Numbered from the stretch's first letter, positions 48,871 through 62,084 are shown. The stretch is DNA of 64,000 nt from Octopus bimaculoides (GCF_001194135.2 NC_069002.1:4686311-4750310); one strand, 5' to 3'. Made by a program: numbers and translations. Notes: generated by a model from the letters alone, not told the origin.

Positions 48871-50642
48871 GTGTGTGTGTATACATATGTACATATCTTT
48901 ATATGTGTGTGTATGTATAAATGTGTGTGTGTATATATATGTGTATGCATGTGTATTTGTGTCAGGGTAAATGTGTGTGTGTGTGTGTGTCTGATTCTGC
49001 GAGTGTTTGTGTGTGAGCATATGAATATATATGTTTGTATGATTGTGCTTGTATGTATATATGTGTGTATGTATATGTTATTGAGCATGTGGTTGTACCC
49101 CTGTGTGTGGAATGGGTGGGGGAAGGGGAAGGAACAGTGTTCTGCCATTCACAGCAGTATGTCTTCGCCTACTTACAATACAATAAAAGACACTGTTTGT
49201 TTATGCTAGTGCAACCATTAAACGAAACTGTCTTCTTCAAAACACTTTGCCAATCTTGTGGTCCACGATCCCCCATGATGGTAAATAATGGCTTTTGAAT
49301 CCAGCCTTGTTAATTTTAACATTCATATTTGACCTCCTCCGCCCCTCCCTATCCACATACACATTCTTTTACAGATCTCAGTTATTGTCTGCTGCCAAAC
49401 TGCTTCCAATAGGTTTTAGTTAATCAGATCAACCTCTGGTTGTTTTTACGGCCAGATGCTCTTTCTGTTGCCAACCCTCACTTGTTCGCAAGCAAGGTAA
49501 TATTTTCCCTCTCATTATCATCCTTCAAACATGGTTGATCAACCAATACCAGGCAGTCGGGATTCGCAATGTGATTGACTTCCACAGCAAACCCTGGTGG
49601 CTGGTTTCATTGTACAATTCGTCCTTCTGATCGCTGAATGCAAAGACGTAGCTCACGAGACCCCTGTTCCAGTGATTTTCCGTGGGTGTTTGTAAAATGA
49701 ACTTCTTAGCCACTTGGCCATGCTTGCATTCATTTATTACCATGCCTGAGCAGAAGTTACAATTTGTCCACATCAAGAGTCTTTTTGTTCCATCAATGTC
49801 AAATAACTACCATGCCGCCACCACCACCACCATCTAACTGGGTTGATTTTTTTTTTTTTTTTTTTTTTTTTTNNNNNNNNNNNNNNNNNNNNNNNNNNNN
49901 NNNNNNNNNNNNNNNNNNNNNNNNNNNNNNNNNNNNNNNNNNNNNNNNNNNNNNNNNNNNNNNNNNNNNNNNNNNNNNNNNNNNNNNNNNNNNNNNNNNN
50001 NNNNNNNNNNNNNNNNNNNNNNNNNNNNNNNNNNNNNNNNNNNNNNNNNNNNNNNNNNNNNNNNNNNNNNNNNNNNNNNNNNNNNNNNNNNNNNNNNNNN
50101 NNNNNNNNNNNNNNNNNNNNNNNNNNNNNNNNNNNNNNNNNNNNNNNNNNNNNNNNNNNNNNNNNNNNNNNNNNNNNNNNNNNNNNNNNNNNNNNNNNNN
50201 NNNNNNNNNNNNNNNNNNNNNNNNNNNNNNNNNNNNNNNNNNNNNNNNNNNNNNNNNNNNNNNNNNNNNNNNNNNNNNNNNNNNNNNNNNNNNNNNNNNN
50301 NNNNNNNNNNNNNNNNNNNNNNNNNNNNNNNNNNNNNNNNNNNNNNNNNNNNNNNNNNNNNNNNNNNNNNNNNNNNNNNNNNNNNNNNNNNNNNNNNNNN
50401 NNNNNNNNNNNNNNNNNNNNNNNNNNNNNNNNNNNNNNNNNNNNNNNNNNNNNNNNNNNNNNNNNNNNNNNNNNNNNNNNNNNNNNNNNNNNNNNNNNAC
50501 ATTGCCTCTGTGTGACAGCTATGTAGTTTGGGGTGGTGTTGGGGGTGCCCGTGTCCCACCTGTCTCTATTTGTTTTCATTGTTTTACACTACCTTATATT
50601 TCACCTCCAGCCAAGTACACATACACAACAAATAGGTGAAAG

Positions 50643-50697
<55 letters not shown>

Positions 50698-51468
50698 CAA
50701 CTACCTTTTCTCTTATTAGTCATCTAAATTCTCTTCTATTCTTGCCTTTTGTGAAATGTTTATAACTTTTCTCCTTTTGTGTCTTTGTGCGCCTCCATAT
50801 TTATCTTTGCGTGTCTATGCATTATATTTGTCGTTGCATATTTTTCATTGTGTGTGTGTGTGTGTGTTTGTTTCGGTCTGACCTTGCACAACAACTCTAC
50901 AATATCATTCTAAAAATTAAGTTACCTCATCAAAATCTCACAGCAACAAGATAATATATGATTAGTTCTAAACAATGTGAATAAATAAGCAATACTTTTG
51001 ACAAAGTAATCTGAATGCTAAAGGGTTAAATGTATTCTTTTCTACTCTAGGTAGAATGCCCAAAATTTTTGGGGAGGGGTCCAATCGATTAGATCGACCT
51101 CGGTATGCAATTTATCAACCCCAAAAGGACGAAAGGCAAAGTTGACCTCAGTAGAAAAGGTTAAGTGTATTGCTCAAGCACCAATCGTGTTCCATGTCTT
51201 TGTATGTCTTTCATACCACCTTTCTTGCATGAAAGACAGAAATCACTTTCGCATTTCTATGTTATATTTGTGAGCATTTTACAATTATGAATCTGTGATA
51301 TACAAACCCCATTTTCCTTAAGACAAATGTTTTTTTACTTTACTGCATATGTTATGTATACATTTGCATGTCTGTGTGTGTATGTATAATATTCGTGCTT
51401 TTGTGTGTGTATCTATGTGTAAATCTAAATATTTTTGTACAAATATTTCTGTTTTATATTTTTTGCAG

Positions 51469-51522
51469 GAATTCCCTGTTTTATGTGATACCATGTAATG
51501 CAACAAACAACTTTGTGGTGCA
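51469..51522 (+). other. Putative 54-nt non-coding (5'UTR) exon
   Basis: Strong acceptor ttctgttttatattttttgcAG and donor CA|GTATGT; leaves a 205-nt intron to the acceptor at 51727. Its only open frame hits a stop before joining the signal-peptide frame. Confidence 0.45.
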
Positions 51523-51727
51523 GTATGTAGGAATGCCGTAATCTTCACCTGCGGATCCAAAAGGATGTACAAATATATATGTACAGCATGTGTGTATGTA
51601 TGAATGCATATATATGTATATGTATAATACATACCTAACATAGCAAGCAGTTTTGTTACTGCTGTATCGCCGCCACCAGGGACACCACCATTGGATTAAG
51701 AGTTGAAGGGTGGTTGTTATGTTGCAG

Positions 51728-51805
51728 ACAATGTGAAGGAAGGAGGAGATTCTTACCAAGAAAAATTATTAAAAAAAAAACCCGTTTGACTGACAATATT
51801 CAGTC
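51728..51805 (+). other. 5'UTR portion of the signal-peptide exon
   Basis: Acceptor-like ggttgttatgttgcAG ends at 51727; unique sequence continues to the ATG at 51806. Confidence 0.5.
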
Positions 51806-51887
51806 ATGGTAAACTGGAAGAGCCAACTAATCTTTGTACTCTTACTTGTACTTCTTTTCCAAGTTTCAAGATCTGAAAACGAAGGAG
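51806..51887 (+). CDS. First coding exon of an unidentified secreted or type-I membrane protein (signal peptide; gene continues downstream)
   Basis: gtcATGg start with an in-frame TGA at 51791-51793. 27 codons + 1 nt: MVNWKSQLIFVLLLVLLFQVSRSENEG (basic N region, hydrophobic core LIFVLLLVLLF, small residues SRS). Followed by G|GTGAGT donor (phase 1). Too short for the ORF track. Confidence 0.7.
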
Positions 51888-51985
51888 GTGAGTAGAAATG
51901 CACACATATGCACATATGAATGCACATGCACAACTGTTCACCCCTCTAACTTAGCTTTGTGACTACCTGCATCTTAACCTGTCTT

Positions 51986-52051
<66 letters not shown>

Positions 52052-52152
52052 ATATCTACCTCACTTATTAAATCCTAATATTCCTGTCTCTTCCTACCAC
52101 TACACACATACGCACACACTGACAAACATTTACACTCACTCACCCATACACA

Positions 52153-52229
<77 letters not shown>

Positions 52230-52849
52230 CACACACACTTACATACCTTGCTCTTTTTCTCACCTATACACCGGAACAAACCAAAATGTTCTTTACTCCT
52301 ACCACTCACACACACACATGCATGCATTCACGCACACCTGTATGTCTACCTGTTTCCCAGAAGGAATTTCTTAATGCCCCTTTCACCTGCAATTATATTC
52401 GAGAAACAAAACGAGAATTTTTTATTATCCGTATCATTACTACTACTACTACTACTACTACTAAAGTTACTATTATTTCTTTTTATCTCATAAACATCTA
52501 TCCACTACCCACCCCTCTGATCTCTATCTAATTTATATCCCTCTGTCTCGTTTTTTTTTTTTTTAATAAAAGCTCCTATTAGATAAAAAAAACAATATTC
52601 TTTCTTACGCACCCCACACACCTCCACCACCACTACACCCGTTTCTTTGCATGTTTATTCCCCCCACCTCCACCGAAAAACAACAGTTGCTTGAGCTCTT
52701 CATTGCTCGTTTAAATATATAATTTTATTCGTATTTTAAGATATATTTTTATGATGTTTTTGTTGCATATGTACAAGTTCTTCCTTTATCCCACCACTCC
52801 CCCACTTCCAATATTATTCAAGCTGGGTGCTGTTGATAATATATTTGAA

Positions 52850-53294
52850 CGTAGCAATGGGTTAAGCATTTCGTCCAACGTGCTAATGATTCTGCCAGTT
52901 CACCGTCTTAATAATAATGATGATGATAATCCTTTCTACTATAGGCACAAGGCCTGAAATTTTGGATAAGCCGACCTCGGCAGAATGTGAACTCAGAAGG
53001 TAGCGTTGGACAAAATGCTGCCAAGCATTTTGCTCGGCGTACTAACGATTCTGCCAGCCTGCCACCTTAATAATTATAATAATCCTTTCTACTATAGTCA
53101 CAGGGCCTGGAATTGTAGGGGAGGGGTGAGTTGATGACATTGACCCAGTACTCAACTGGTACTTAATTTATATCGACTCCGAAAAGATGAAAGGCAAAGT
53201 TGACCTCGGCGGAATTTGAACTCAGAACATAGCAATGCGCGAAATGCCATTAACCATTTCGTCCAGCATGCTAACGATTCTGCCAGCTCGCCGC

Positions 53295-53360
<66 letters not shown>
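52850..53360 (-). mobile_element. Stack of about three SINE family B copies
   Basis: Repeated aatcctttctactatag / ctaacgattctgccagc segments separated by (AAT)n/(GAT)n tails. Confidence 0.8.
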
Positions 53361-54034
53361 TGCAAATCCAGCTGGTTACGCATCCTCCCAACATTAGAAA
53401 CAGCATCCTTATGAGAACATGTCAACCTACATNNNNNNNNNNNNNNNNNNNNNNNNNNNNNNNNNNNNNNNNNNNNNNNNNNNNNNNNNNNNNNNNNNNN
53501 NNNNNNNNNNNNNNNNNNNNNNNNNNNNNNNNNNNNNNNNNNNNNNNNNNNNNNNNNNNNNNNNNNNNNNNNNNNNNNNNNNNNNNNNNNNNNNNNNNNN
53601 NNNNNNNNNNNNNNNNNNNNNNNNNNNNNNNNNNNNNNNNNNNNNNNNNNNNNNNNNNNNNNNNNNNNNNNNNNNNNNNNNNNNNNNNNNNNNNNNNNNN
53701 NNNNNNNNNNNNNNNNNNNNNNNNNNNNNNNNNNNNNNNNNNNNNNNNNNNNNNNNNNNNNNNNNNNNNNNNNNNNNNNNNNNNNNNNNNNNNNNNNNNN
53801 NNNNNNNNNNNNNNNNNNNNNNNNNNNNNNNNNNNNNNNNNNNNNNNNNNNNNNNNNNNNNNNNNNNNNNNNNNNNNNNNNNNNNNNNNNNNNNNNNNNN
53901 NNNNNNNNNNNNNNNNNNNNNNNNNNNNNNNNNNNNNNCGGTGATAGTTATGGAGAGAAAGGCTTTGTTTCTGGTGGTAGTGGTGGAGACGATGATGCCA
54001 ATGGCGGTGGGTGATGCTGGTTGGCATTGATGAT

Positions 54035-54405
54035 ATGCAGGCGTGGCTGTGTGGTAAGAAGTTTGCTTTTCAACCATACGTTTCCGGGTTCAGTCTTACA
54101 GCGTTGCACTTTGGCCAAGAGTCTTCTACTATAGCCCCCAGGTCGAACGAAGCCTCGTGAGTGGCTTTGGTAGACAGAAACTGTAAGAAGCTCGTCGTGT
54201 ACGTTGGTGTTTGTTTGTCGCCCCCCACCGCCACTGCTTGACAACCGCTGTTGGTTTGTTTACATTCCCCGTAATTTAATTGTTCGACAAAAAGAGAATA
54301 GAATAAATACCAGGCTCGGAACAAAAAGTACCGATGTCGATTTGCTCGACTTTAAACCCTTCATGACGGTGCCCCAGCATGGCCGCAGTCCAATGACCGA
54401 AATTC
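54035..54405 (+). mobile_element. SINE family A, full length
   Basis: gcaggcgtggctgtgtggtaagaag...ccagcatggccgcagtccaatgaccgaaa. Confidence 0.85.
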
Positions 54406-55878
54406 GTGTGTTTCGGTGATTGTCATCCGTCACGTCTGTAACCTGATTTATTTTCGTCATTTTATCTTGTGGCAAATAAAAAAAATCGTTATTACTTTTT
54501 ATTTTGTCCTTGTATTATCCCAACCTCTTGGGCCCTTGTGGCCAATGAAGGATATATCACCATAAAATAATCCAGAATCCTTGTCCAGTAATGGATCGAT
54601 CCCCAAATCTAATCAGTTCGTGCCAGTCACAAGGCAATTTATCGCTTGTTTTTCGCGGCTCTCGAAGGCTTGTCTAATGTGGCCTTTATGTAACATAGGC
54701 GGCAAGGTATGATCTGATGGAATTTGGCTGCTGTTTGTTCGTAGCAAATCGATCGAACACCTTTTGTTTTTCGGTGGCGGAGGTTCCGTGTCGTGGTGAG
54801 GTTAGTGGGTAAGGTGTCAGCATAGTCCTGGGTAGTATCCAACGTAAAGTGTACATAATTATCACCAGCCTCACCATCATCATCATCATCATTATAACCA
54901 CAACCGCCATCATAATCACCACCACAACCACCATTATCATCACCACCATCACGCTCCAATAATCCCGGCCTTGAAGAAAAAACCGCCGGACATCTAACCG
55001 ACACCTTTTAACGAGAAACCCCCACACCCTACACACACACTGAAGCTAAGTAATGAAGGAGAGGGTGTCACGTGAAGAAGAGTGATAATAGGGGTTAGGC
55101 TGAAAGAAAAGGGTGGCAAAGAAGGATGGTTGCGTTGGTGGTGGTGATGGTGTGACAGTGTACCTTCCCCTTTTATCTACACCTGAAACTACAGCTCTGA
55201 CTCATTCATTTATTAAGTAGGAAGTACAGAAGGAGGGGAAAAGAACACTCTGAAACAGAGGAGGGAGGGTCGGGGTAACCATAGATTGTGAGATAGGTAG
55301 AAGTGGTAAGGGTAATATTCTGAGTGTGGTGGCAAGGATGGTATAGTCAGTGGCAACCTGTCGCCCGCGGGACTTTGTGAATGGTACGCCTAACGAAAAA
55401 ATAACCTTGGATTTGTTTAGTAGTGCGTATATAGTTTAAAGATCCAATAGACGTAGAATCAACAGAAAAAGTACTCCATCCAGTGAGAGACATCAAGTAT
55501 GAGGCTATTATTAGCTCCTTCGTGTGGGTGGTGGTCACTGTCACGTTGGGTTTGACATTGCGTGATAGTTGTAAACAAGCGCTACCGTCATGCATGCGGT
55601 GCCTTCAATTTGCAGTTTTCTGTGAAAACATGCCTTGTCTTGGAGGGAAATATTACCTTACTTAAAAAGAGGCGAAGGTTGGTGACAGGGAGGGCATCCG
55701 CCTCAACAAATTCCGTCCGACCATTGCAAGCGTGGAAAAATGAGTGTTAAAACGATGATGAGGATATACATAAGTACATGCATACAAATGAAAGTCACCT
55801 ATACTTACAGACGTGTACGTATGTATACATGTGTGTGCGTGTATATATATGTGTATATGTCTATATATGTGTTTTTTA

Positions 55879-55911
<33 letters not shown>

Positions 55912-56072
55912 NNNNNNNNNNNNNNNNNNNNNNNNNNNNNNNNNNNNNNNNNNNNNNNNNNNNNNNNNNNNNNNNNNNNNNNNNNNNNNNNNNNNNNNNN
56001 NNNNNNNNNNNNNNNNNNNNNNNNNNNNNNNNNNNNNNNNNNNNNNNNNNNNNNNNNNNNNNNNNNNNNNNN

Positions 56073-56131
<59 letters not shown>

Positions 56132-56905
56132 ACACACATGTATATTGCTCCCTCCATTTCGTTTATCCATTCTCTCTCTCCCCTTCCCCCATTTTCTTCC
56201 CCTCCTCCATGAGATATTATATATTCAGTAATTCAATATTTAATAAACAGTATCAAAATTATGGAAATTATAATTTTTTTCCCCATCATTGAAAGAATTC
56301 CAAGAAACATTCTGTGAAATACATATTGGTGTATGGGTTGGGTCGGAGGGTATACCTTTTCTTTTCTCTTCTTTCTTCATATCTATGCATGTGTGTGCGC
56401 GTGTATGTATGTATATACGTGTGTGAATATATAGATATGTGTGTGTATATGTATGTGTTGTGTGCACATGCATACATACATGCGTACATACTTGGGCGAA
56501 GAGAAAATGCCTGTTTCTTGAGGTTGCACTGAAATTGCGAGCCCCAAATTATTGACAAGGGCCTCTTGAGGTTTATACTCTCAAAAGTATTTATTATTTC
56601 AGAGCCAGAATGACACATTATACATCAATATATTCGTTATATTTAATGTCTGCGCACACATCACACAGGCGACAGAGAGGAGCCGTCGCCATCATACTGT
56701 CACAATATAACCAAACCAGCCAGCCAGCACTGGAGCTAGTGACATCAAAACACTGGAGCTAATTGTGGCGGTTTTCGGCACAAATTGTCCCACGAATCAT
56801 ATATACATTTTGGCGTCTTTGAAAGAGGACACGGTACTTCTTTGTTGACTGTGCCTACGAATAAAAGAGACTGAAGGAAATTTCACAATTGGATTGCTTT
56901 AGATT

Positions 56906-56945
56906 AGGCATGGGCAACCTTTTTCGAGAAGCGGGCTGCATGAGA
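56906..56945. mobile_element. hAT MITE terminus
   Basis: taggcatgggcaacctttttcgagaagcgggctgcatgaga; its reverse complement recurs at ~62403-62440. Confidence 0.6.
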
Positions 56946-57129
56946 CATATGGTAAGATGATGGGGGATGGCTATGTATATAATTGATATAAACAAGAGTT
57001 TGCTGTTTCACCAAAAAGAATTACAAATGTCTCCAAATGCGACTAGGGTGTTAGGAAACGCCTACATTGCTAGAAATAAGAGCTAAACCGCTCTAATGCT
57101 GTAGTTAACGCACTTGAATGAAAACATTT

Positions 57130-57320
57130 GTATTTGTCTCCTTGTTCCCTATTATTGCTTGAAAACTGGTGTCGGTTTATTTACGTCGTCACCTTACAGC
57201 AGTCCAGACTTTAAAAATTATATATATATGTGTACTCGGGGCCGATTTGTTCGACTAAACCCTTGAAGGCGATGCCCTCAGCATAGTCGCAGTCCAGTGA
57301 CTAAAACAAGTCAAAGAGAA
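57130..57320 (+). mobile_element. SINE family A, 3' half
   Basis: ttgcttgaaaactggtgtcggttta...gcatagtcgcagtccagtgactaaaacaag. Confidence 0.65.
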
Positions 57321-57347
57321 AAACGGGAAAAGAAAGAACAATCTTAA

Positions 57348-57461
<114 letters not shown>

Positions 57462-58067
57462 TTGTCTCGGTGTCAGATCAAGGTTCTCTAAGAACTACAT
57501 CTGTCTTTCCACTTAACTACTCTCCTACAGTAAATAGCCTGTTTGTCTGTCTGCCGTCTCCGTTCACCGACCGAGTCACAGATGGCTGTGCAATCAATTT
57601 GCTCCGCTCTTTTGAATCAGCTTTGCAGGAACCGTTCTGCTGAACGTATTTTTCTTGGGGAGAAAAGAATGTAGCAATTTACAAAGGACATCACATGGAA
57701 CCAAAAACAAATGAGGAGAGGCACTGTTTCGGGTTTAGGGGGACAAAAAACAGTCATCGTACTTAAACTGGTGACGTCAGCAGCAGCATGGTTGAGACAT
57801 GAGATGTAGCTGAATGTAACACGAAGGACCGTTAGTGTGCAAAATAATTGCTAACACGGTTAATGTTGCGAGGGTTGTAACTTTGGTTAATCGAAACTAT
57901 ATAATGTGTGAATGTCTGTATGTAGAAGGGATTAAAGCTGTTGAACTAAGATTTAGCAAGCCAAAGTCAAGGAAGGCAAATCAAAAAAGATCGAATTGGG
58001 TTGACACACTGTTATTGCAAGTAATAGATTCAATAAATGATCGTGGGACTTTAATAGTGTTATTATG

Positions 58068-58220
58068 TAGGCGTGGCTGTGTGGTATGAAGTTTGCTTAC
58101 CAACCATATGGCTCCGGGTTCAATTTCACTGCATGGCACCTTGGGCAAGTGGCTTCTACTATAGCCTCGGACCGACTAAAGCCTTGTGAGTTGATTTGGT
58201 AGACGGAAACCGAAAGAAGC

Positions 58221-58258
<38 letters not shown>

Positions 58259-58535
58259 CTCGTGGATATCGTTGGCGATTTTTTCTTCCTCCGTCTTCCC
58301 TTCTTTGGACTGTCCTTTGTTTCCGACGAAGAGCTCCGCTCGAAACGTCAAATTCTCTTTCTTTCCTTTCCCGAGCGTCCAGTAACACAATCTGTATCAC
58401 GTCCTCGCGTTGTTGTTTTTTGTCTTTTTCGAACTATATATATATAAATAGGTGTGTCTGTTTGTGTCCCCCCCCCCACCATCGCTTGACAAACCGATGT
58501 TGGTGTGTTTACGTCTCCGTAACGTAGCGGTGCTA
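58068..58535 (+). mobile_element. SINE family A split by a Penelope-type terminal fragment in its internal (TA)n
   Basis: 5' half 58068-58225, foreign insert ~58255-58440, 3' half resumes ~58450. Confidence 0.75.
58319..58353 (+). ncRNA. Minimal hammerhead-like motif (U4C core variant)
   Basis: UUU-CCGACGA-A-GAGC UCC GCUC-GAAA-C-GUC-AAA. Confidence 0.45.
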
Positions 58536-59229
58536 GTTGTAGCAAATTATCATCATTCAGCTTAGTACTTACTGTTCTGACCGAACTATGATCAAAAACG
58601 TTCTAACCGCAACCATCCCAGTTTTAAAACAGGTTATATCTTAAGTTACGTTTTTCCCTGTCTTTTTCATTACAATAGCGTAATTTGAGTGAGATTTCGC
58701 TGTTATTTCTAGTTGGTTGGGCAACTGCATAGAATGTCTTTCGTAGTTTTGCTTCTTCCTTGCAAAGACTTGTGAGATGAATGGGTTCGGCCGTTCTTCA
58801 TTCCACCGCGATGTGTGAGGGAGTAAGAAACAGTACATACATATTATATTACTCAACATTCCACTATGTAATTTAGAGGCTAGGTTAGTAGAATTAAAGT
58901 GGTCCTTTTTTTTTAAGGGTTTAACCACAACGACTGTCTTTGTGTATGGTAGGGGTCATTGACTCCTGACAATTATTCGGAAGTCAAAAACTGTGCCCCT
59001 GGAATCCAATCTGAAGGAATACAATCCCTCGTAGAAAATGGTTAGATTAGAATGTGTGTTTATTTGATTTTTACGGGAAAGTCTTCCTATTCTAGATAGA
59101 TTAATAACTGAATGTTTTTTGTTTGACTCACACTTTTTAATTCCTCTAATTTTGTTCCAATTGATTTCAAATTTGGTGTATTTTTGTACGCTAATTATGG
59201 AAATGAGTATGTTATTAGTGTGTGTGTCT

Positions 59230-59395
59230 GTATGACGGACTTTCAGTTTCCGTCAACCAAAATCCATTTACAGGGCTTTGGTCGGCCCGGGGCTTATAGT
59301 AGAAGACACTTTCCGAAGGTGCCACGCAGTGGGACTGAACCTGGAACCATGTGGTTGGGAAGCAAGCTCCTTATCACACAGCCACTCTTGCGCCT
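59230..59395 (-). mobile_element. SINE family A, 5' half
   Basis: ttcagtttccgtcaaccaaaatcc...gggactgaacctggaaccatgtggttgggaagc. Confidence 0.85.
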
Positions 59396-60392
59396 CATGT
59401 ATGAGAAATTACGGTCTCAAAATTGTGGTTATTTGGAACTCTAATACAATGAACCAGCAGGGAACACTTTAATTCTCTGTAACTTAATAATGACCAAAAT
59501 TAGATGGCCAGACATTCAGCACCAGGTCAGCCGTAGTCCAGAATATCTATGACTACAGACGTTCTAGTTGTGACTGTTTCGTTTTCAAGTATAGCTTACC
59601 TAAGGGCCTTTCGTATTCTTAAAGATGTTTGAACGGGGTTAAAAGGGAAATTCGGTTGTTATTTCAAGCGACCACATAAACCACTTTGAAATCCCCTGTC
59701 TCTTATTAACTTGTATGTGCACTTCATGTATCACCTATATATTTGTGCGCAACTTGGGGGTTTAGGTTATTCACCCCCACCCCACCCCTATATGTATTCG
59801 TCCCACATTTCATCCTCCTCCTTAATCCACTCCTAACGCACAATCTAATGTTTTCATAAGATTACTATTTAAAATGTTTTGCTGGGGGTGTTTGACTGGG
59901 AGGTGTTAATAACAACAAACTAGAGACCTTAACTCCCCGTCCCTGCAGAGTGGTTGGTTCCTTATCTGGAAACATTATCCGCCTTCACTTCGGTTCCTTA
60001 TCACGTCCATGTACCCTATGTAAGTAAGCTACCCAAGATAGGGTGGATATGGAGGTAGCGAGGTAGGTCGTTATAACAACATCTGAATGATCTTAACAGT
60101 CAAACTGTAACATTAAACGTCTTGATAAATTGAGAAATATTTAATAACCTGCACCACTGCTTCCTACATGTGGCTGTGTGTATACTTGTATGAGTGTATA
60201 AAGACTCGCATCACTCTCCTGCATGTGTGTGTATACATGTATAGGTGTGTGTATGTGTGTGTAAACATGTACGTGTGCATGTGTAGGTCTGCAAAGACTT
60301 GCACCATTGCTTCTTGCATGTGTGTGTGCATTTATAGATGTATGTGTGTATATATAAAAGTTTGTCAAGCGATGGTGGGAGGACAAACAGAC

Positions 60393-60423
<31 letters not shown>

Positions 60424-61134
60424 AAACAAATAATAAATGAGTATATGCATATATATACGTACAGGCATGCGCACACTCACGTCTACCTGCATATATAGGC
60501 GCATATCCGGGTACAGGACACCGCAAACAAAACGCAGACAAGAAAACAACAATAACCAGAGTACAGCAAACACACAAACCACATAGAGAACATTTTCCTT
60601 CATCAGCTACCCCATTTTAACACCAGCGTTTCGAAGAGTTGGGTAGGACGCATCGTTAAAAAGGCTCTTCCCATGGACCGCAAATTAAATTTGTATACAC
60701 AAATTAGACCTGTGCCATGGAGGAATGTCGTGGCGGACAAAAAACAAGACAGGAAAACAAACGGAAAAGGCTATGCAGCCAGACGTGAAAAATTATGTGT
60801 ATATGAACGCTGTGAGGCACGAACTGAAAAAGACGGGACGAAGTAAGTTCGCGTGTTTGCTCGTCGATAGCCAAGGAAGAAAAGGATTAGTGAACCGGAA
60901 GCATATGACCAAGGAGGGGTAAGGAAGAGAGAGAGTGGTAGAGGAAGTAGAAGAATAGGTGAGCAACGAGAGGGGTAAGAGAGAGATATAGTAGTAACAG
61001 AAGGAAGAACGAGGGGGGTAAAGAGAGATACGTAGTAGTAACAGAGGAAGAACGAGAGGGGGAAAAAGTGATAGAGAAAGAGATAGAGTCGCGTCAGAAA
61101 ATATAAAGTTGAAATAACTACTTATATATATATT

Positions 61135-61285
61135 CGACGGGCTTCTTTCAGTTTCCGTCTACCAAATCCACTCACAGGGCTTTGGTTGGCCCAAGGCTAT
61201 AGTAGAAAGACACCTGCCCAAGGTGCTACGCAGTAGGACTGAACCCGGAACCATGTGGTTGAGAAGCAAGCTTCTTACCACACAC
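61135..61285 (-). mobile_element. SINE family A, 5' half
   Basis: cgacgggcttctttcagtttccgtctaccaaatcc...cttcttaccacac. Confidence 0.85.
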
Positions 61286-61414
61286 CATTTATATATTATG
61301 CACTTTGTATGATCATTTCGTACCTGGCCACAGAAAAAATTTTATTTCTATTTTTATGACTATCGCTGTCTCCGGGGCGATGACCCGGTCCATGTTGCAA
61401 AGGAAAAAAAAAGG

Positions 61415-61935
61415 TTGGGGACGGTTCTCATAGAACACTATCAGATCTGTTGGTTTGCACCTTGTTGCCCTTTTATTTTGTATGAGTTTAGATTACATTC
61501 TTGTTCTGAGCAATCCTTCATATGGATAACATTGTAAAGGTTTTGGCAGCAGTGTCGTGTCTCTTGGGAAGGCAGTAACTTGCGGACATTTTTGGGCAGC
61601 TGCTGATAATGTGGAAGGTATTAGCTTTCATTCTGACATGGTGCAGTCGAAATTTTCTATCGTAATTTGGATAATTTGGGTGCACAGTTTAATTATATCT
61701 CTTTTATTGATCAGGTATTTAATAGCGGTCTACTGTTTCTGAAAGGCGAAAGTGCATCATGGTGGAATGAGATGTCACTATCAAACGTCCCAAGGGAGAC
61801 TACTCTCTTTTGTTATCCTGTATCTCATTTGTTCTCTCATCCGGGGTCACGTAGCTGTTTATTAATATGGCTCTAAGTGTTTCTTCCTAAGTTTCTGTCC
61901 AATTTACCCTTTAGTCCCAGAGTAACCGCACACTC
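61415..61935 (-). mobile_element. R4/Dong-like (RLE-bearing) non-LTR retrotransposon, CCHC and endonuclease region, decayed
   Basis: Frameshifted minus-strand translation KYLINKRD...FRLHHV...TFHIISSCPKMSASYCLPKRHDTAAKTF...KPTDLIVFYE: remnant of the C-x2-C-x7-H-x4-C knuckle, RHD motif and PD(D/E)xK-type PDLIV. Confidence 0.75.
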
Positions 61936-62084
61936 AAGAGGACCTATAGAGGAGTTGTTTAACGGTCATTATTCAACAGACGTTGTCTGGATGCTTCGAT
62001 GTCGCACACAAGTGGACTGGCCGTATACCGTCATCTCACTTCTGTCCATCCAAATTATAAAACCATTTTTTTTTTTTATCTTAT

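Noticed and set aside
49525-49776. 83-aa minus-strand ORF
   Set aside because: Contains an A-box-like SINE head (catggccaagtggctaagaag); more likely an old SINE.
51469-51522. 54-nt exon as coding (xNSLFYVIPCNATNNFVVQ)
   Set aside because: Joined to the next exon this frame stops at TAA just after the main ATG and is out of frame with the signal peptide.
61700-61723. Second AG|GT juxtaposition (ttttattgatcAG|GTATTT)
   Set aside because: Lies on the antisense strand of the R4-like LINE relic and the donor is weak; likely chance.
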